From: Azolla caroliniana
Lineage: Eukaryota; Plantae; Polypodiophyta
DNA: 64,000 nt
Direction: 5' to 3'
Assembly (NCBI GenBank): GCA_043228905.1
Contig: JBHGNT010000011.1
Span: forward strand, 1,240,001 to 1,304,000
Made by a program: the position numbers and the translations under genes. Positions 48,020 through 59,099 of this stretch are shown here, piece by piece (within the stretch, counting starts at the first letter, position 1; every line of letters starts with the position of its first letter). Under the pieces are notes generated by a model. It did no database searches. It saw only the letters and a list, made by a program, of their open reading frames with translations, and was not told the DNA's origin.

Positions 48020-48440
48020 TGCCATTGTTTGCTCCTATTAAGTTCACTCCTCCATTGCCGCTATTCTACACTCAGTTGCCGCTACTGTTCGGTTCTAGAT
48101 TGTTGCCACTGTTCGATCCAACGGAGTTCACTCCTCCATTGCCACCATTCTACACTCAATTGCTGCCACTGTTTGATCCTAGATTGCTGCCACTATTCGA
48201 TCCGATGGAGTTCACTCCTCCATTGTTGCCATTGTTCAGTCCTGGATTGCTACCATTGTTCGCTCCGACGGAGTTCACTCCTCCATTGTCACCATTGTAC
48301 TCTTAGTTGCCGCCATTGTTCGGTCCTGGATTGTTGCCATTGTTCGATCTAACAGAGTTCACTCCTCCATTGTCACCATTGTACTCTCAATTGCTGCCAT
48401 TGTTCGGTCTTGGATTGCAATAACTGTTCGCTCCAACTTG
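48020..48440. repeat. Minisatellite: 84-bp period built from 21-bp subunits
   Basis: GTTCACTCCTCCATTG at 48042, 48126, 48210, 48273 and 48357 (spacings 84, 84, 63, 84). Confidence 0.88.
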
Positions 48441-49458
48441 TAGCCATTGCATCTACATCTTCGTTTGTTGATTATGTTGTGTATTGTTGTGTACAATCTT
48501 GTTTATAATCTTCGTCTGTCAAGAACCAGTTTGCATGTGGTTTAGTAACTGGTTATGTGTCTATTTTTTGTTTCAATTTACTAATGAATATTTCAAATCA
48601 AATGGAAGGGGAAGGAGGGTGTTTACCAACAACCCTCATGGATCATCAGGATAGGGATGATGCTATGAGTACACAATAAGCAATACGAAAGTATTGGGCA
48701 GAAAAAAAAGGAAACATCATCAAATGTTAAAGGATAAGAAAGACACATTCACTAAAGGTAAGGATAGTATTGGTTGCGATGTAGGTCTGAATACCACTGA
48801 GAAAGGAAGCAATGAGACTACTATCATAGAGAGAAAGGTTGTAGACAATTTCAATGTTCAAACCAAGCACATCAACAATGAAGACGAGAAGGTAGTGCTT
48901 TATGGAATATTAAAGGATCCATCGATAAAGGAGTTAGTTGATTGTGATGGTCTTAATAGTCAATAATCTCCGCAATAGTTTTGTATCCATGAGCAAGTTA
49001 GAAGATGATATTGTCTTAAAAAGGTCTAGTCTAATGGTTGTTAAGCACTTGGAGCGCACCATGACCGGTAATGAAGAAGAGCGAATCAACAAGGACATAG
49101 TATGGCTAAAGGACCTACGAAGAGGGAATGGCAAGAGGAAAGAGGGCTAAGAGACATCCAAGTGTGAAAGGTCTATACCCTAAATGTAAATGCTATATAA
49201 ACCACATGGTGGTGGCTTTGTAAGGGTTCTTCCATTTGTAAAGATCTCCCTATTGATTAAGAGCTAGAGCTTCCTCTCCTCATTCTTGTAACCTTTAAGC
49301 TTAAGAGAGATTAGTGAAGTGTTTAGTTAGAGAACACTAATCTCTCTTCCTTGTTGGTGCTAGACCTCTTAGCAAAGAGGGTTAATAACATATTCATTAC
49401 TCTTATTTTCTATATTCATTACCCTATTGTCTATGAGAGCGAGCTTGAGAGAGTGAGA

Positions 49459-51540
49459 AGAAAGAAAGAAAGATGTATTAACGTCTTCTAAGGCCAAATT
49501 TGGCCCATGAGACAATTGGTTTACAACAATAGAGTATTTATCCAGTCATCATAACTAAAAATAAAATTAAGTAAAAAAATAGAACTTAAACTAAAAGAGT
49601 TCTAGTAGTGTACAATATGTAGTATACTCGAAAGTGACTATACACTAAGCCTAATTTTATTTCCACCCAAGCCTCTCGAAAAGAAGTGGGGGGTCAAAGG
49701 GTCTTGATGTGGGTTCCAATGTAGAGAGTGCCCTAGCCATGGCTTCTAGGCGGTGTAGCTCACGTTCCCTTATTTTCAATATTGCTTCCACATCACGTTG
49801 AGTTGTTTTGAAACCCGGCACCCGAGGACGTCTGGTTCTTCTCTGGTTTTCTGCCTCATCAATGGAAAGGCCGAGTGGTGCAAGTGTGTCGGCATTCGTT
49901 GTCTCCTCAGGTTCCTGAAAAACTGCATTTGTTACATGTTCGTGATCATTAGCAACATTATTGTCAACATTTTGTAATTTATTCTCTCTGTGTTGTTTTA
50001 GCTCTAGAATGTATTTGCCTAATTTCTTTATATCTAGAGTATCTAATAGTTTGGGGAGGGTGGGAGACGGACCAAGTATGTCTTGGTATTTTGCCCTTAT
50101 CTTGGCATAGGTTGGACACTTGCATGTAAAGTGGTACTCATCCTCTATCTCTATGTGACATAACCTACATATCCTTTCCTCCCTAGGGACTCCACTAGTA
50201 CGGCCATTTTCAATCTCAAGTTGGTGAGACGATATTCTAAGTTGTCCAATGGCAACCCTTAGTGCACGTGGTAAGAATACATCTAGATATTTTGGTCGTG
50301 TGATAAAACCTAACTCAGAGAAGTGCATGAAGTGTTTCTTATAGTACGACATTTTAGATGGGAGTGGCTCTAGTGGGATGATCCATTTACATCGAGTGTA
50401 AATTTGCCATATTTCTTGGCGTATTACTTTATTGCGGTTCTCATGAGAGATTAAGGTGTTATCACTCGTGTGGTTGTACCTAAGGGGAGGTAGGTTATTA
50501 ATGTCTAGACCATTCGCAAGAAGCCAAGTCACCATCATGCCATACCATGAGCTAGTATAACCGGACTCATACAATGATCGAGAGGCCTTAAAGGCTTGAT
50601 GAGATATTCGATCATGTGGTTGGCTATGTATCCTATCAATAAAGACTACAAGTTGAAAAAGTGCCTCTACTGGCATTGGGGGTAACGTGAACTCGGCCCT
50701 AATAATGTCATGTGGTACAGTCGATTTGCTTCGGAGTTGGCGTGATAGCATCATCACCAATGGACTCTCTAATTGCGTCCACATGAAGGATGGTAATCCT
50801 GGAGCCCAAACCGCTGATGCATACATGAGGGAGGGGGTCACTAATGAGTCAAAGAGCCACCCTTTAGTCCGTGGCTCTTGAAAGTGTGCTTGGTGGCATT
50901 GTCTCTCTAGGAGTGAGAGGGATGCATGTCCTCTCGTGAGTCTATCCTTCGCTGCCTGTGTCATCGAAAATTTACCTGAGCGGGCACTAAAAGTGACTCC
51001 GAGATATACGTACGATCCAACCACCTCGACTGGGCTATGGGAGATAGTTAGGTGACACTTAGCTCTAACTTGGGCCGATGTGTGGAAGATAAGGACTTTC
51101 GTTTTCCCTAGATTCACTACCAATCCTCGTTGTACACAAAAGTCATCTAAGGCATTGAGGTGCCTCTGTAGGTCGTGTTCGGATTCAGAGAGCAAAACTA
51201 TGTCATCCGCATAGAGCAAGATACGAACCTGCGTATCCCCAAGGACCACTCCGGTGCCTCCCTCACGAGCAATAAAATCTGTGATCTCATCAATGTAGAT
51301 CCCAAAAAGCGTCGGTGATAGGGGGCAACCTTGTTTTACACCAATAGTGCTAGTGAAATGATTGGATAGGCCACCTGGGCATCGGACACACCCGGACACT
51401 TGTTCATATAGTGCGTAGATGGCCCATACCATATCATCTGGTATCCTCAAGCTTTTAAGTCTATCAGACAACCGATCTCTAGGGACTGTGTCAAAGGCTT
51501 TGTGGAAGTCCACAAAACAACAATATAATCTCTTCTTGCG
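49459..51540 (-). mobile_element. 5'-truncated RTE-X-like LINE inserted in the Athila-like 5' LTR
   Basis: Absent from the sister LTR (54661-54690); (TTCT)n tail; GGCCAAATTTGGCC hairpin at 49492-49505. Confidence 0.9.
49657..51540 (-). CDS. LINE ORF2 C-terminal part (RT + Cys/His finger), open but 5'-truncated
   Basis: FVDFHKAFD, GVKQGCPLSPTLF, LYADD, YVYLG, RISSHQLEIENGR...CRLC...EDEYHF..C; no stops over about 620 codons. Confidence 0.88.
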   Translation of the reverse strand, partial: RKKRLYCCFVDFHKAFDTVPRDRLSDRLKSLRIPDDMVWAIYALYEQVSGCVRCPGGLSNHFTSTIGVKQGCPLSPTLFGIYIDEITDFIAREGGTGVVLGDTQVRILLYADDIVLLSESEHDLQRHLNALDDFCVQRGLVVNLGKTKVLIFHTSAQVRAKCHLTISHSPVEVVGSYVYLGVTFSARSGKFSMTQAAKDRLTRGHASLSLLERQCHQAHFQEPRTKGWLFDSLVTPSLMYASAVWAPGLPSFMWTQLESPLVMMLSRQLRSKSTVPHDIIRAEFTLPPMPVEALFQLVVFIDRIHSQPHDRISHQAFKASRSLYESGYTSSWYGMMVTWLLANGLDINNLPPLRYNHTSDNTLISHENRNKVIRQEIWQIYTRCKWIIPLEPLPSKMSYYKKHFMHFSELGFITRPKYLDVFLPRALRVAIGQLRISSHQLEIENGRTSGVPREERICRLCHIEIEDEYHFTCKCPTYAKIRAKYQDILGPSPTLPKLLDTLDIKKLGKYILELKQHRENKLQNVDNNVANDHEHVTNAVFQEPEETTNADTLAPLGLSIDEAENQRRTRRPRVPGFKTTQRDVEAILKIRERELHRLEAMARALSTLEPTSRPFDPPLLFERLGWK

Positions 51541-54500
51541 AGAGATATCGTGCTTAATCATCTATCAATTGTTAAGTGAGTGTGAGGCTCGGAGGTGTCC
51601 GGCACCATCTTCACCCGATTTGCCATCAAAAGGGTATACGCCGGTCCGAACTCTGCAAATGACATCGAGGAGTTAACTCCATCGATACATAGATCCTACA
51701 CATCTATTTGGCGGCGTTGCCAGGGACCCCCTCCCTTCATGCCTAGAGAACCTAGAACGGCTAACCGAAACTCACCTTCTCGCATTCCAAGCACCCTTGG
51801 CAAAGAAAGCCAATAGAAACGCGTGGCACAACAACAAAGTAAGAGATAAAGATCTCATTGAAGGAGACATGGCTCTCAAATTCGCCTCTCAATGGCACAA
51901 AAAGAAGCCTAAATTATGTGGTGAAGGCCCATATGTGGTCTCAGAGATTACCAAGATAGGAGCATGTCACATATGCACGCTCGAGGGCCTCAACATCCCC
52001 AGATTTATCAATGGGAGCAAGCTCAAATGTTACTATGGACCCCTCACCCTCGAAGCTCTAGTCACGGCTCGACAACGAGAAGTGGAAGCCAAACTTAAGG
52101 CATCTGAGGGCCGAATGGTCTGACTCAAAACCGACCTTCTCAATACTCAAGCGAAATTGAAACGACAAGGGGACACCCACCCGGTACCCATGGCTAAGGC
52201 AGTCAACTCTAATGATGGGACAATGCAACTACCATGCTTCACCGACAGCATACCTTTAACGGCAGTAATCAACACAAGAGCATCACTAACTCTTTTCTCC
52301 TTCAAAACATGGGGACTTCTAGGTTGCCCAGACCTTGAAGTATGCAACGACAACTTCCGTGGCTTCGATGGTTCCACATCATGCTGCCTTGGAACCTTAG
52401 TGTGTAATATCAAGACATAATATAGCGACCACTCAATCCGTGTTCGGGTACTCCCACCCGAAGTGATGTACACACAGTGCCTCCTCGGTTTAGATTGGTG
52501 TCACATAAGCGAATGCCTCCTATCGCCAAGCAAGAACATTGTCTCATTCCAAATGGCAAATGGGGCGAGGTCCGAGAACCTCGTTGCAACAACACTCGAA
52601 TCACGTCCCACTGAGCTCGATGAACCCCAAAGCACGAAACCGCCCAACCAAATAGAACGCCAACACCCACCGACCATCCATGACTAGAGCAACGCTAACA
52701 TTAGAACAAAGACACCCATGCCACGCAAATAGGTGAACATCCACGTGGTTTTCGTTGAAGGACCACGCCGTGGAGAACGTGCTATTTCGCGAGTCAGAAA
52801 AGCACTCACAACTGCCCAAGGTTGGCACAAAGGCGCCACTAGCTTCTGGGTCCCGAAACGAAGCCGGCTCCCCACCCGTGATCGTACCACGACTACACAG
52901 AACACCCGACAATTCTGCACATCAGTCGAATACCCCGCCTAGGTTAAGGCCATAGAAATCGATAAGACTAAATAGCTAGGGGGTTGAACGCCCCATAAAA
53001 GAACTCCACAAGCCCCCCTCATCCCTTCGACAAAGACGTCACAGGTATGGGTCCTCAAAAATATACAAAGACCCTCGGACAACACTCGAACGACCCACCC
53101 CCCGCACCCACCGGTTCGAAGAGAGGTTCTCTACGAACCCCCTAACCCCGGTTTGAGGAGACTAACTCCTCGAACCCCTCCCAACCAGTTCGAGGAGAGC
53201 CTCCCTTCGAACCCCTACCCACCGGTTCGAGGAGAGGTTCTCCTCGAACCCCCTACCCCCGGTTCGAGGAGACTTACTCCTCAAACCTCTACCCACTTAA
53301 CCCCTCCAAACCCCTCACCGGTTCGAGGAGACTAACCCCTCCAAACCCCCCATCCTACGAATAAATTGTTCATGTCATTAGGTCCATACAATATCGTGGT
53401 CGACAATTTAAAAAAATAAAAAAATAACTAAAAAAAGAAACAACCAAAAATAAAATGAAACATAAAACTAAACTAAAAATAAAAATTTAAAATAAATAAA
53501 ATAAATAAAATTTAAAAAAATAAAAATAAAAAACAAAAAATCATAATAATAATAATAATAATAACAATTCGAGGTAGACAAGGGTCAAGACACACAAGAT
53601 TTGGTACACTCCATTTAACTCTACTAACCTTTGTCTTGGTAGGTTATAATCGATGGCGTCCACCCAATTTACGAAGCTTCTCCACGCACACTACCCCGAC
53701 GCTGGTTGTGGCTCCTTGGTACTTCAAGCCAAGTTCAACAACACCCACTGTCCATCCGAGCCTCACATTCTTCCTCGGGATTGGCCTTTGGGGTGTACTT
53801 CCCGAGCTGGTCATCCGGTTCCTCATAGGATACAACCCCGATATCGGCCACGTTCGCATGCACACCTTCGCGGATGCTACCCCTGTCGAATTCCAGTTCA
53901 ACGTCGCCGACGTTTGCACTACGTTACATTTTTCGGTGGATGGCATCCCCTTCCGCACCACAAAAGCCCCCAATGTTGTCTCCAACATCATCCCTGCCGC
54001 CTACTCCGAGTATGTGGATGAGAAGGTTGGCGTTTCACCAAAATTCCCCCTCACCTCCACGATCATTGTAGCACCATCACCTAGATCGGTCATCGCCGCC
54101 ACCGCCGCCATCAACCGTATCACTAGTGAGTTCCTCAAGTGGGCACACGACCCTCAATCGGTCTAGTGAGCCCACGAACTCGCCACCGACCAGCCCCGGA
54201 CACCTAAAGCTCCCCTCCCACAGTGCACCCTGGAGTGTGCACTCATTAGGTTGGGGGGGATGTTAAGCACTTGGAGCGCACCACGACCAGTAATGAAGAA
54301 GAGCACATCAACAAGGACGTAGTATGGCTAAAGGACCTACGAAGAGGGAATGGCAAGAGGAAAGAGGGCTAAGAGACATCCAAATGTTAAAGGTCCATAC
54401 CCTAAATGTAAATGCTATATAAACCACATGGTGGTGGCTTTGTAAGGGTTCTTCCATTTGTGAAGTTCTCCCTATTGATTAAGAGCTAGAGCTTCCTCTA

Positions 54501-54849
54501 CTCCTTCTTTTAACCTTTAAGCTTAAGAGAGATTAGTGAAGTGTTTAGTTAGAGAACACTAATCTCTCTTCCTTGTTGGTGCTAGACCTCTTAGCAAAGA
54601 GGGTTAATAACATATTCATTACTTTTATTGTCTATATTCATTACCCTATTGTCTATGAGAGCGAGCTTGAGAGAGTGAGAGAGATATCGTGCTTAATCAT
54701 CTATCAATTGTTAAGTGAGTGTGAGGCTCGGAGGTGTCCGGCACCATCTTCACCCGATTCGCCATCAAAAGGGTATACGCCGGTCCGAACTCTGCAAACA
54801 ACATCAAGGAGTTAACTCCATCGATACATATCACCTCCTATCTCCAAAG

Positions 54850-56236
54850 TGAAGGCATTCAGGGAGAATTTTCGTGCTAACACACACCCCAACAAAATGG
54901 AGTCGCCGAAAGGAAGAATCGGCAAATACTCAAGGTAGCACATGCCATGATGCATGAGAAGCACATGTCGAACTTCTATTGGGCCAAAGCTACATCCACG
55001 ACCCTCTATCTCATGAATCGAGGCACCACCAATGGAGTGCATGAGCTAACTCCATATGAGCTCCTTGTTGGAAGGAATCCAATCTTGTCACACCTCAAGG
55101 TGTTCGGAAGCATTGCGAATGTATGCATCCCGAACGAAAAATGACAGAAGCCCGACGCGAAGTCGGAGGAATGTATCCTAGTCGGAAGAAGGCATACAAG
55201 TGCTTTAACCCCTCGACCCGAGCGGTTCGGCTAAGTCGAGACGTAGTCTTCGACGAATCGGCATCTTGGTATAAGCCCGATTCAACTCTACTCGACTCGA
55301 CTGAGGAAGAGTTGAACATCAACTCGGAGGACGATATTCGGCCAACTCCTCTACCACAGGACAATCCAAACCCACCTTAGCCTTCAAGCATTCCAAGTAC
55401 GTCGCGGCTAAGTACGACCTTGGACAAAGAGGTAAGATGCCTGAATACGAAGTTGACCACCCCGACAATAGTAATTCGGATGTGTTGTTTCCCTCACTAC
55501 ACAGTGAGTTTGGTGTACCCATCATGCGGACACCCGGACTAAAGAAGGCACTGACATCAGTAAGCGAAAAACTTCGACGCTCTTCCAGAGAGAAGAATAC
55601 CATCACTCGGCTCGGCTACAACGAGTATATGGCCCATCATTATGCCTTCGCGATGAAGGTAGCGGCCGAAGAAGAACCCGAGAGCTCTACAGAAGTGGCT
55701 CATGACCCACGATGGGTGAAAGCAGTCAACCCCAAGCCTTCATCATAGGCTTGAGGGGGAGGAACCGAAACTGCCACGAAAATACCTACGCCAAAAGCAG
55801 CACAAAAACCGATATCGAAAGCAAAACCAGATGTCAGACGCCTCACACTTGAGCTTAAGGGGGCGTGTTGAGATATCATGCTCAACTATAGTTAGTTAGT
55901 TAGTCAACCACGTAACTTAATAGTTACCTAGATAGAATCTGGTTAGAAGTGTTGACTATAACGCTTTAAATAGGACCTTCTACTTAAGTGGGATATTGTA
56001 GATCATTTAATATAGGACTTACACCCTTGTACCTATATTCTCCTCACACATGTGCACCCTTGCACATGAAATCTATATATATCTCATTGTAGGTATTTTT
56101 GTATTTCATGATGCTAATTTAATATAGAGTTAATCATCCCCCATCTTGTGTTGTTCATAAGTGTAATTTTCTCTCTCTCTTCCTCTCACACACATACACA
56201 AATATATCACTTAATCTTCCGCTTAGTTTAATCACA
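54850..56236 (+). mobile_element. Deleted copia fragment (integrase C-part, PPT, probable 3' LTR 55866-56236)
   Basis: SRDVVFDESASWY, RLGYNEYMAHHYAF; GAGCTTAAGGGGGCG then TGTTGAGATATCATGCTCAAC. Confidence 0.75.
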
Positions 56237-57110
56237 TAATTAGGTACTAATTAACCCGTAGTTAATTACCTAATTCTTAATAGTTGCTAATTAGCATCAG
56301 AATATGATCATAGCTAACTAGCTACTAGAAATAGCTAACTAATGTGGTAATAGGTAATTAGTTACTCTTAATAGCTAATTAGCTATGAGCAATAGCTAAT
56401 TAGTTAATCTTAATAATAAATTAACTACTTGTAATAGCTAATTAGCTACATTAAAATCGTAGTTAGGTACATGAGTGTATGATCATAGCTAATTAGCTAC
56501 CACACTATATCTAACTAGCTACTAGGAATAGCTAATTAGCTACTAGTAACAGGTAATTAGCTACTCTTAATAGCTAATGAGCTATTGGAAATAGCTAATT
56601 AGATACTCTTAATAGTTGTTTCGCTACTCTTAATAGCTAATGAGCTATTGGAAATAGCTAATTAGATACTCTTAATAGTTGTTTAGCTACTTTTAATAGC
56701 TAATTAGCTACTCTCAATAGCTATTTAGCTACTGCTAATAACTAATTAGCTACATCAAAATAGCTAATTAGCTACACGAGTGTATGATCATAGCTAATTA
56801 GCTATCACACTATATCTAACTAGCTATTGGTAATAGCTAATTAGCTACTGGTAATAGCTAATTAGTTATTGGTAACATGTAATTAGCTACATCGAACTAG
56901 CTATTTAGCTACACGGTTGTATGATCATAGCTAATTAGCTACCACACTATATCTAACTAGCTACTAGGAATAGCTAATTAGCTATTGGTAAACAAGTAAT
57001 TAGTTACTCTTAATAACTAATTAGCCACACAAGTATATGATCATAGCTAATTGGCTACCACACTATATCTAACTAGCTACTAGTAATAGCTAATTAGCTA
57101 CTCTTAATAG
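56237..57110. repeat. Array of the 14-bp palindrome TAGCTAATTAGCTA and variants
   Basis: Dozens of copies at about 20-bp spacing, with a recurring GTATGATCATAGCTAATTAGCTACCACACTATATCTAAC block. Confidence 0.9.
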
Positions 57111-57148
57111 CATCAACATACTCAATAGACTCCCTTTTTATTACATAG

Positions 57149-59015
57149 GTAGATTTATTTATTAGGTTTAAGCAAATGCATCCAAATATCAAAGTTGAAC
57201 TACAAACATTTGAGTCTCTTAAGCCACACTTTGTGAAACGCTTAAATGATTGATACACATGTTGCATTTACCATATACAAATGGGTTTTCTCAAGGACTC
57301 TATTAATCTACTACGTCACCATAGCTCCTCCCTAGAGGATGTGGTCTACACTTATGAGTGCGCAATTTGTCGATCTAGCTTGCAACGGCACTGTAAATCA
57401 TTAGAGCATGTTATCTCTTCCATGACTGGTCTTTTAGATTCAGTATTGTGTCTGAGAGAATCAGAGTCTATCTTCCACAGTTATAAATGTGTCATGGGTT
57501 TATTTCAAGATTGTGGATTTAGTAGATTTAGGTGGTGTCCAAAAGAGTTGAGTAGTGAAATATTAATCTTTGTCAAGTTATTTGAGTCTGTGGACACCAA
57601 TTTCGAAGGAAAGTGTAAAAGAAAGGATCTAGTTAGGAAGTCGCTTAAATCAAGGGATTTGGTGTCTCTATTTGTAGTATCTCTAGGAAAGTTCATTAAA
57701 CACAACTTCATTTATTTATGGCAGGCCCATTAATTTAAGACTTGCATATCTGATTTTCCAAATGATGTAGTAGTCTTAGTAGTAGATTTCGCAGAGAATT
57801 ATACTTTCAAGTAGTAGAATGAAATTCAATCCATGCATTGGTGTTCAGTGTAAGTAACCATTTTTGTGCACATAACATATTTTCGAGTTTCAGGTGATGT
57901 TAAGAAAGTAATTCATTTTTTTATTTAGGATGATAAGAAGCATGATACCTTGTTTGTCCAACATTGTTTTAAGTTACATTGGCATTGGTTATTACGTCAA
58001 CATTTGGAGTTGGCTCAACGTTGGGTCTGGTTTGACGGAGCTACATCACAATTTAAGGTTAGACGTCCATTTTATTTTGTTGGGAGGTATCCTTCTGTAA
58101 CAAGTTTGGAGATGACATGGAATTTTTTTGGGTCCAACCATGGTAAAGGTGAACATGATGGAGCAGGTGTAGTGGGCACTTACCCATGAACAACTAAAGG
58201 TAGATGGTGTGCATATGAATTGTGCAACACATGTAGTCGAATTTTTAAGAGCTAATATGTCAACGAGTGCAACTGGTGTTTATCCCTCGTAGGTCTGAGA
58301 TATCAAACACGTATTTTGGGAAGTGAAGATAGATTAGAATTAGAATTAGAATTTTTATTGTCCATAAATATGAAGTAAATAGGGAGAAGACATGGGAGTG
58401 CCAAGGAATTCCCAAATTGTGATCTCTCCATGTTGTTCGGGGTTATTCTAGGTTGGATGGTCATTGTATTGCGATTAGAGATTAACTTGTTTTTGCTTCC
58501 ATTGTGTGCAGGGAAATTGGAGGTATTGTTTAAACAAAGCATATATTCAAAATTGGGAGTGTTATACATTGAATGATAAGGAAGCGTTGGATGGAGAAAC
58601 AAAAAACAATGTTGACTTCACATATTAGGGCCGTGCAGATACTCTAAGTGATGTCATAAACGTTCGGGATAATTTTGATGTAAATGCAGAAGAAGATAAT
58701 TCAGAGGGTGTTGATTTCTATATATTTAAGTGCACAGTTTGTAAACAATGCGCAATGCAGAATATTGTAGATGCTTGGGGAAATTTTGTATCTGCTGGGA
58801 CATTCTACATCGAAGGTATTTTTTATGCAAGACTAGATTCAGATTACGATTATGTGTATAGGCTTTTAGAAGACAAACCAGCAGCGTACATGTACTCCCA
58901 TTTGGTCAAGTGCATCAACGTCCCAATGTCGTAATATAATAGCTGCTCAAATTTATACACAATTAGTGCTATTGTGTATGAATGTATTTACAACAGTATG
59001 CCATGGAATTTGTAG
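57149..59015 (+). pseudogene. Sola2-like DDD transposase, multiple stops
   Basis: FKQMHPNIKV..TFESLKP, TCC..H, VDFAENYTF..NEIQSMHW, HDTLFVQHCF, W.DGATSQFK, WNFFGSNHGKGEHDGAG; preceded by TTTTTATTACATAG acceptor. Confidence 0.78.
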
Positions 59016-59099
59016 AGCATACCAGTTTTCTTGTAAACTGGACAAAGTAGTTGTATTGCAAAAACACAGTTTAATAAAATCGTTTGGGAGTCTTCTTTC

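Larger units (their letters stand above)
49039..54830 (+). mobile_element. Athila-like gypsy, internally deleted (LTRs 49039-~51702 and 54261-~54830)
   Basis: Direct repeats starting TGTTAAGCAC; PBS TGGCGGCGTTGCCAGGGAC (Asp-type) at 51709; PPT AGGTTGGGGGGGA; GPY integrase tail 51797-52123; A-rich tract and extra ORF ~53650-54166. Confidence 0.8.
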
